From the NCBI GenBank assembly GCA_022565615.1, contig JAIUMM010000002.1:884-64883 (forward strand): DNA of 64,000 nucleotides, written 5' to 3'. Shown one piece after another: positions 58,047-64,000 of this stretch. Source of the DNA: Nanobdellota archaeon. GTDB lineage: Archaea > Nanobdellota > Nanobdellia > Woesearchaeales > UBA583. How positions within the stretch are numbered: the stretch's first letter is position 1; every line of letters starts with the position of its first letter. Under the pieces are notes generated by a model. It made no database searches. It had not been told where the DNA came from and saw nothing but the letters and a program-made list of their open reading frames with translations. The position numbers were made by a program, and so were the translations under genes.

Positions 58047-59528
58047 TTATCTTAATCCTCCTTCTAGTGTTAATTTTTGTTGATTTGAATACCTTGAAAA
58101 CATATTTTGTGCAAATTCAAGTGTTTCTTCATCTGTTAACTTAGGAAGTTCATCTCTACTTACAGAGCTATATAGTTGCATAAATTTGTCTCTTGCAGGA
58201 ATATAGTGAGCAGAATTTGGAGAAAATTCTTCAATTGTATACAACAATGAAACATTTCTTAATATTCTTTGAGCATCACTAAGTTGAGATGAATCACTAT
58301 TTACAAAGTCCCACATTCCATTAACAATTTCTGGGGCATATCTATCAATTAATGATTTTGAATTATCTTCTCCTCTTTCAAACTTATATTGTTCAATAGC
58401 ACCAAGAGCAGAGTCATAATCACTTCCATCAATTGCTTGTTGAATATATTCTTCAACTTTATCTGTTGGTGAATAAATACGCATAACAGGAGGATTTTCA
58501 GGTTTATCAAGAATTGGTGATAATTTTTCTTCAAGAGAATCTTTTTTAAAAAATTTACCATCTTGATTAGCAACTAAAATTGTACCATTTTTTAAATCTG
58601 AATTTTTAATTTCATCAAATTCAACTTCTCCTCTTACTCCATCAAATTTTAAAACTTTTTGTGAATTTATAGCTACATATCCTTTTACTCTATCATAGTT
58701 TTCTGTAAGTTCAGAGACAAGTCTTTTAAATATTTCTTCACTTACATAAGGATTTTCAATAATTGCATGAAGTTGATTAATCCAGTTTGGATTAGAAGAA
58801 TGTGTGTGTCCTTGATGCCCACTTCCAAATATTATGGGACTTGAAGGGTTTTTACCTCCTACTATCATTTGTGCAATTCCTAAACTAGATTGATTATTGG
58901 GTTGAGTAGTAAGATTAGTATTAAGCTGAGAATTTTTATTCATTTCTTTTAAAAAATCATCAAGTGTTAAATGAGTATTTTTATCAACTTGAATCATAGA
59001 AACATTATTTTCGTTATATTCTTGCAATAATTTTCTATATTCATTAGTCAATTCTCTTTTTGTAATTCCAATTACATCTGTAAATGGAATTTCATCAGCA
59101 GCTCCTACTAAACCAAAATTTTTAGGGTCTACTAAGTATATTGACTTAGGTAAAAATATTCCTTTTGAACCTAGTTGAGATTTCATTGTAACAAGAGGCA
59201 TTTGTCCTGAGAGTTCAACCACAACTCTTTTTAATCCTCTTTGCTGTAATTCATCAACTTTTCTAAATGCAGCATTTGGACCATCAAAAACAGTACATGC
59301 AGAAGTTGCATTTTCAATTGAAATTCCTTTTTGTTCTGCAAGAGTATTAATTCTTTGAAAATCAATATTTCCAGCAGCATCCATTACTACTAAACCGTCT
59401 TGTTTAGGATTAAAACTGTCGTTTTTAATTAAATTTGAAAGTAGAGTTGTTTTTCCAGCTCCAAGACTTCCTCCAAGTAGTATGATTTCTTCAAGAGTCG
59501 TTGGTTGTTTAATTTGTGCAAATACCAT
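58047..59528 (-). CDS. divergent COG0523/G3E-like P-loop GTPase with C-terminal extension
   Basis: 493 aa. It has LLGGSLGAGKTTLLSNL (Walker A) and VVELSG. SACTVFDG replaces the canonical GCICC. A His-rich linker (GSGHQGHTHSS) and a CobW_C-like segment (RVKGYVAINSQKVLKFDGV) follow, then ~150 extra residues. It lies 1 nt from the next gene. Confidence 0.6.
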   Translation of the reverse strand: MVFAQIKQPTTLEEIILLGGSLGAGKTTLLSNLIKNDSFNPKQDGLVVMDAAGNIDFQRINTLAEQKGISIENATSACTVFDGPNAAFRKVDELQQRGLKRVVVELSGQMPLVTMKSQLGSKGIFLPKSIYLVDPKNFGLVGAADEIPFTDVIGITKRELTNEYRKLLQEYNENNVSMIQVDKNTHLTLDDFLKEMNKNSQLNTNLTTQPNNQSSLGIAQMIVGGKNPSSPIIFGSGHQGHTHSSNPNWINQLHAIIENPYVSEEIFKRLVSELTENYDRVKGYVAINSQKVLKFDGVRGEVEFDEIKNSDLKNGTILVANQDGKFFKKDSLEEKLSPILDKPENPPVMRIYSPTDKVEEYIQQAIDGSDYDSALGAIEQYKFERGEDNSKSLIDRYAPEIVNGMWDFVNSDSSQLSDAQRILRNVSLLYTIEEFSPNSAHYIPARDKFMQLYSSVSRDELPKLTDEETLEFAQNMFSRYSNQQKLTLEGGLR

Positions 59529-59539
59529 TTTTTAATTAT

Positions 59540-60163
59540 TTAACTCATTCCTCCTTCAATTCTGTTCTCTAACGAATTATTCTCTAATGAACTTTTAAGA
59601 TAATGCTCAGCGTTTAATCCAAGCACATTCAACTCTCTTTCTTGCAAATAAGAAAAAGGATTTAAATCATATCCAAATCTATCTTGAAGTTGTTTACCTA
59701 AATAGTCCACAATTTCTCTTCTTGTTAAAAATCCTTCAAATAGTCCAACTTCTCTTGCTTCTTTTATTTCTTGTTCAAGTGCAAATTTCCTTTGAACAAA
59801 ACTTCCTCTTCTAGATAATTCAACTATATTTGAATTTTTAAATTGAGAAAAATCCATTTTACCCAATAATCCTTTTGCAAATTTAGAAGCTGGTTTTCCT
59901 TTTCTTGTTTTTCTCATCTCAAGAGGTTGTTCTTTGAGCAACTCTTGAAGAGAATTTTGAGATGAATATATACTTTTGGAGTTTTTTTCAATCTTATAAC
60001 TATCTAGTGAAATAACTTGACAAGGTTCATTTTTGTAACACCCTTCACTTTTTCTTGAAAATTCTTCTATTTCATATCTAGGAGATGCAAAATGTAGTGC
60101 AATAACATTTCCTGTTTTATATTTAATTTGAGTATCTAAATCGTGTTGTTTATATGAGTTCAT
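59540..60163 (-). CDS. hypothetical protein
   Basis: 207-aa ORF inside the operon, 11 nt upstream of the next gene. No motif recognised. Confidence 0.5.
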   Translation of the reverse strand: MNSYKQHDLDTQIKYKTGNVIALHFASPRYEIEEFSRKSEGCYKNEPCQVISLDSYKIEKNSKSIYSSQNSLQELLKEQPLEMRKTRKGKPASKFAKGLLGKMDFSQFKNSNIVELSRRGSFVQRKFALEQEIKEAREVGLFEGFLTRREIVDYLGKQLQDRFGYDLNPFSYLQERELNVLGLNAEHYLKSSLENNSLENRIEGGMS

Positions 60164-60173
60164 TTTAATTGCC

Positions 60174-60197
60174 TTTATTTATTTATTTATTTATTTA
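60174..60197. repeat. (TTTA)6 microsatellite
   Basis: Six perfect TTTA units span the COG0523 stop codon and the intergenic spacer. Confidence 0.9.
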
Positions 60198-61441
60198 ATT
60201 TTTATTTTCTTCCTCTTCTTCATCTATTTCTGGAATTTCAAATTTAGGAAATGGGTCTTCAAAATTTTTCCACTCTTCAACACTAAGTTTCATCTCTTCA
60301 TCAGTAAGTAGAGCATCATCAAGAGCTTGAATAAGTAAATTTTTATCATAATTATTCCCAATAAATACTAACTCTTGTCTTCTATCTCCAAATGGTTCAA
60401 CCCAAATTTCTTGTAATTGATCCCACATATCTTTATTTTCTTGAAGCTCTTCTTTACTAAGAGTTCCATACCAATATCCAGCAATAGTATACTCTAAAAT
60501 TTTACCAGCAATATTAAACATTAGAGCAAATTCATTTCTTGTTGCAAGCCAAAAATATCCTTTTGAACGAATTATTCCATGAAGTACAGGAGATTGTAAA
60601 ATATCTTTAAATCTTTTTGGATGAAATGGTCTTCTTTGTCTATATACAAATGATGAAATACCATATTCTTCAGTTTCAGGAGTATGTTCTCCTCTTAATT
60701 CTTTAAGCCAACCAGGAGATTGAGATGCTTTTTCAAAATCAAATAAATTAGTATTAATAATTTCTTTTAAATCAACTTGTGAATACTGAGTTTCAATAAT
60801 TTTAGCATCAGCATTTAATTTTGAAATAATTGCTTTAATCTTTTCAACCTCGTCTTCTTTTAATTTATCAATTTTATTTAATACAATTACATTTGCAAAT
60901 TCAATTTGATCAACTAATAAATTAGTAATAGTTCTCTCATCTTCTTCACCTAATTCTTCTCCTCTATCTTTTAAGAACTCTTTTGAGTTAAAATCATTAA
61001 AAAATTATACGCATCAACAACAGTGACCATTGTATCAAGCTTTGCAAAATCTGCAAGTGAGTCTCCTTCATCATCTTCAAATGTAAATGTTTCAGCAACA
61101 GGAAGAGGCTCAGAAATACCTGAACTCTCAATTACTAAATAATCGAATCTATTTTCTTGTGCTAATTTTTTAATTTCAACAAGTAAATCTTCTCTTAAAG
61201 TACAACAAATACATCCATTAGACATTTCAACCATCTTCTCTTCTGTTCTTGATAATTGAATATCAGAGTTTTCAACTTGAAGAGCATCAATATTAATCTC
61301 AGACATATCATTTACAATAATTGCCACTTTCATACCTTCTCTGTTTCTTAAGATATTGTGTAAAAGAGTAGTTTTTCCAGAACCTAAAAATCCTGATAAA
61401 ACAGTCACGGGTAATTTTTTTTCAATACTATTTTGAATCAT
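60195..61441 (-). pseudogene. COG0523 (CobW/YjiA/ZigA-type) G3E metallochaperone GTPase, frame broken in a homopolymer run
   Basis: The N-terminal part (61441-60971) has [25 protein letters not shown] and ESSGISEP. The rest (…DERTITNLLVDQIEFANVIVLNKID…GWLKEL…EEYGISSFVYRQRRPFHP…IIRSKGYFWLATR…) is open in the -1 frame from 61004 down to 60195. The frames switch within the A6 run at 60999-61004 (T6 on the coding strand). Confidence 0.85.
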
Positions 61442-61590
61442 AAGTTAAGTAATTAAATCTATTTTATAAAAGTTATTAATAATTTTGATTAAAGTTAATA
61501 ATATTTCATTGAATTCAGATTATAATTTAATAATTTTCACATTTAATTATAATTTAAAAATTAGAAAGAAAAAAATAAATTTACTTAGAT

Positions 61591-62754
61591 TTACAAATCT
61601 TTATGAATTTTAAAAATCACAAATAAAATTAACAAAAATATTATTAATGAAATGAATTTGAATGGAATAAATAACAAAGTTGAACTGATAATTAATTTAG
61701 AAAATAGTGAACCAATATCTTTACCAGTTAAGAAGAGAGGATAGAATTTTTCTTCTTCAATTTGAGTTGTATGTTTAAAGAAATAAACTTCCTTTAAAGG
61801 TTCAATAAATGCAATTGGAAGTGCTGTTAAAATTAATATCACTACAATAAATAAAAAATTGAATGAAACAATAAATGCAAGAAGATACAACATAGCTAGT
61901 AAAATAAACGAAAAATAAAGTAATTTAATAACTTTAATTTTTTTTATAAAATAATTCATGTTAATTTGAATAAACATTAATGGAAATAGAATAGCAGATA
62001 TAAATAATCCACCATATAAAATTCCAAAATTTTTTTCAATTTCTAGTAATACAAATACAAATAAAAAAGAATAATGAAAATAGCAAGTAAAATTAAACAA
62101 ATATGAATTAAACAATTTATTATTTTTAAAAAAATCTTTAATATTTAGCATTGGATTTGAATCAATTTTTTTTCTTTTTTTTCTTTTAAGTTTAATTTTG
62201 ATTTGTAATGAATATACTAATGAAAAGAAAAATATCAAACTAAGTAGTAAAAACACATACTTAAACTCAAATATATCTAAAAAGAATCCTATTAACATAG
62301 AACCTAAAAACCATGAAATATTAGAAATTCCATAAAGTAAACTTTCATTATTATCAAATTCTTCTTCTTTTGATAAATCTCTAAACACAATACCAAAAGC
62401 ATTATCCCCTAAATTTACTAAAATTAATCCAGCTATTAATACTAATATGAAAAAATAAACATTTTCAATAAAAAATACTAATAAATATAAAATACATAAA
62501 GATATAATTTGAAATAAATATAATTTATATTCATTAAATCTCTCAAGAACTGAGCTAATAAATAAGTTAAAAATAATATTTATAAAGATAACTGCTGCAA
62601 GGATATATCCAATAGTCGAACTACTAAAACCTAAATGAGATAAATAAAGAGTTCCTACTATTCCTAGTGCAACAATACCAAAACTAACTAAAAAAGAACT
62701 AATTAATAGTTGTTGTATCGTATTTAATTTAAGATTTTTAATTTGAAATAACAT
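61591..62754 (-). CDS. MFS-like 6+6 TM transporter
   Basis: 387 aa. Two bundles of hydrophobic helices are separated by a basic central loop (KLKRKKRKKIDS). There is no clean DRxGRR motif, so the family call is tentative. Confidence 0.5.
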   Translation of the reverse strand: MLFQIKNLKLNTIQQLLISSFLVSFGIVALGIVGTLYLSHLGFSSSTIGYILAAVIFINIIFNLFISSVLERFNEYKLYLFQIISLCILYLLVFFIENVYFFILVLIAGLILVNLGDNAFGIVFRDLSKEEEFDNNESLLYGISNISWFLGSMLIGFFLDIFEFKYVFLLLSLIFFFSLVYSLQIKIKLKRKKRKKIDSNPMLNIKDFFKNNKLFNSYLFNFTCYFHYSFLFVFVLLEIEKNFGILYGGLFISAILFPLMFIQINMNYFIKKIKVIKLLYFSFILLAMLYLLAFIVSFNFLFIVVILILTALPIAFIEPLKEVYFFKHTTQIEEEKFYPLFLTGKDIGSLFSKLIISSTLLFIPFKFISLIIFLLILFVIFKIHKDL

Positions 62755-62857
62755 TTATTTATGATATATATTATCGATTTTTTTTAAAATTGTTTGTATT
62801 ATTGCTAAATATTATTATGATCTTTAAATTAAATTTATTAATAATTATTATCCAAAA

Positions 62858-62869
62858 GTATTTAAAAAA
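62858..62869 (+). promoter_or_regulatory. TATA-like box upstream of nikR
   Basis: GTATTTAAAAAA ends 20 nt upstream of the ATG at 62889. Confidence 0.35.
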
Positions 62870-62888
62870 TTAATAACTATATAGAAAT

Positions 62889-63278
62889 ATGGCAGAAATA
62901 ATTTCAATATCACTTAATAAAGAAATGATTGAGCAAATGAATATAATTCAAAAAGAAATGAGTTTTTCAGGACGCTCAGAAATTGTACGAGCAGGACTTA
63001 GAAATTTAATTGAAGAATATAATTCACTGCATGCTCTAAGTGGTATAGTTGAAGGAACATTAATTGTAACACATAAAGAGGAGTTTAATGATGAGTTTTC
63101 AAAAATTAAACATACAGCCCCTCATGACAGTGTTAAAACACATTTACATCATGAACTTTCAAATCATTTATGTATGGAAGTATTATTATTTAGAGGAGAT
63201 AGTAAATATTTACAAGATTTATATAAAAGATTTACAAGTTCTAGGAAAATAGAGAGTGTAAAAGTAGTAGTTTATTAG
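62889..63278 (+). CDS. nikR: NikR-type nickel-responsive regulator (RHH + metal-binding domain)
   Basis: 129 aa. The N-terminal RHH is ISISLNKEMIEQMN…FSGRSEIVRAGLRNLIEE. The C-terminal His/Cys cluster THLHHELSNHLCMEV resembles the NikR high-affinity site HxH…C. Confidence 0.75.
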   Translation: MAEIISISLNKEMIEQMNIIQKEMSFSGRSEIVRAGLRNLIEEYNSLHALSGIVEGTLIVTHKEEFNDEFSKIKHTAPHDSVKTHLHHELSNHLCMEVLLFRGDSKYLQDLYKRFTSSRKIESVKVVVY

Positions 63279-63334
63279 TACTCTTGAGAGACAATTTAAG
63301 GAATGTTTTTAAATACTTAAAAAAATAAATATGT

Positions 63335-64000
63335 ATGACTATAGAATTAAGATCTTTAATGAAGGAGTTATGCAGAGGAAAAGCAGCAGAAATTTCAAGA
63401 AATGAATTAAGAGTAAAAGCAAGAGAAAATTTAGTTAAAAAATTTGGAAAAAATTTTCAAGATGAAGATTGTAGGACTTTAAAACAAAAACCTGAAATTC
63501 TTGAAAGTGAAGATGGGCATCCTTCAAAAATTAATTCATATTATTCTAACACAAGAAAATATGAGAAGGAAGAAATAGAAAAACAAAAAATTAGAGATTA
63601 TATCGGAGAAGTACGACCCCAAACAGATTCTCAGGAACTTATCGATAAATACTTTCCTTCAAAAGTTCCAATTGGTGAAAAAAGACCTATTTATGGATGG
63701 GTTTCTTTTGAGGGTCAAAGACCACCAATAGTTGGATATAAAAGAGAGACATTTTTTCACTCATCTCTTAGAGATACGGTTGGCCTTTATCACTCGTTAT
63801 TATTATTAGAAAAAGAATCAGGTAATATAAGTGAATATAATTTTAGAAATGAGATTAGAAAACTTGAAACATATTTAGATTCATTAGACCCTAAATCTTG
63901 CTACATTTCAAATTCTGTGCACGATCTTCCTCGTTTAGAAAATCAAAGATATAGAAATATTTCAACAATTCCTCAACTCATTCAAGAAATTGAGAGTACT
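63335..64000 (+). CDS. hypothetical protein (partial, runs off the window end)
   Basis: The frame is open from the ATG at 63335 (MTIELRSLMKELCRG…) to the last base, 222 codons with no stop. GTTTTTAAATAC lies about 20 nt upstream. It is absent from the ORF track because it has no stop in the window. Confidence 0.6.
   Translation, partial: MTIELRSLMKELCRGKAAEISRNELRVKARENLVKKFGKNFQDEDCRTLKQKPEILESEDGHPSKINSYYSNTRKYEKEEIEKQKIRDYIGEVRPQTDSQELIDKYFPSKVPIGEKRPIYGWVSFEGQRPPIVGYKRETFFHSSLRDTVGLYHSLLLLEKESGNISEYNFRNEIRKLETYLDSLDPKSCYISNSVHDLPRLENQRYRNISTIPQLIQEIEST

Noticed and set aside
62839-62850. 12-bp perfect palindrome TAATAATTATTA in the nikR/MFS divergent region, and the ATTATAAT repeats at 61519-61526 and 61546-61553, considered as NikR operators.
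   Set aside because: They are composed only of A/T in a very AT-rich spacer. The spacings do not match the E. coli (GTATGA-N16-TCATAC) or H. pylori (TATWATT-N11-AATWATA) operator layouts as I remember them. They are kept only as candidates for testing.
1-64000. Whole-window search for tRNA, rRNA, CRISPR arrays and stop-codon reassignment.
   Set aside because: I saw no GC-rich cloverleaf-like segment, no rRNA-like conserved block and no regularly spaced direct repeats. TAA, TAG (e.g. 4120-4122) and TGA (e.g. 50515-50517) all end recognisable genes, so there is no evidence for recoding. This was a visual scan only; tRNAscan-SE or Infernal would be decisive.

Overview
This is a visibly AT-rich 64-kb window (roughly 70-75% A+T by eye, not computed). 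It reads as a chromosomal segment of a small-genome, DPANN-like archaeon. Archaeal information-processing genes are present: RIO kinase, FEN1, PolD small subunit DP1, ribosomal protein uL30, a RecJ/GAN-like DHH phosphoesterase, a tandem Lrp/AsnC regulator and a DUF106/YidC-like protein. They are interspersed with many lineage-specific secreted or membrane proteins (including 1250-aa and 697-aa surface proteins) and with bacterial-type genes (lgt, nrdR). TAA, TAG and TGA all terminate recognisable genes, so the genetic code looks standard. By eye I found no rRNA, tRNA, CRISPR array, integrase or transposase. First genes of transcription units typically have a TTTAAATA/TTTATAAA box ending about 21-25 nt upstream of the ATG (leaderless-like). 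Operon-internal genes have GGAGG/GAGGTG Shine-Dalgarno sites. Main items for a second look: (1) A tight seven-gene minus-strand operon (53.8-61.4 kb) encodes two COG0523-type GTPases and a CooC/MinD-type ATPase alongside a fold-III PLP decarboxylase, a CysK/SbnA-type PLP enzyme fused to a rhodanese domain, and a small ParB/Srx-fold protein. It is flanked by an MFS-like transporter and a divergent NikR. I do not recognise this combination as any described pathway. (2) An accessory, defence-island-like block (46.6-53.5 kb) starts at a degenerate second copy of the nrdJb 3' end that differs from the functional copy only at synonymous sites. The block contains a RhuM/P-loop/small-ORF operon, an RHH-RelE/ParE-like pair, two copies of a 78-bp promoter-bearing repeat and a divergent paralog pair. 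(3) Two phased pairs of NrdR boxes lie upstream of an nrdR-nrdJa-nrdJb operon. (4) Two disrupted genes: an in-frame TAA at codon 6, and a frameshift in a homopolymer run. Everything rests on reading the translations and sequence by eye; family assignments come from remembered motifs, not from searches.
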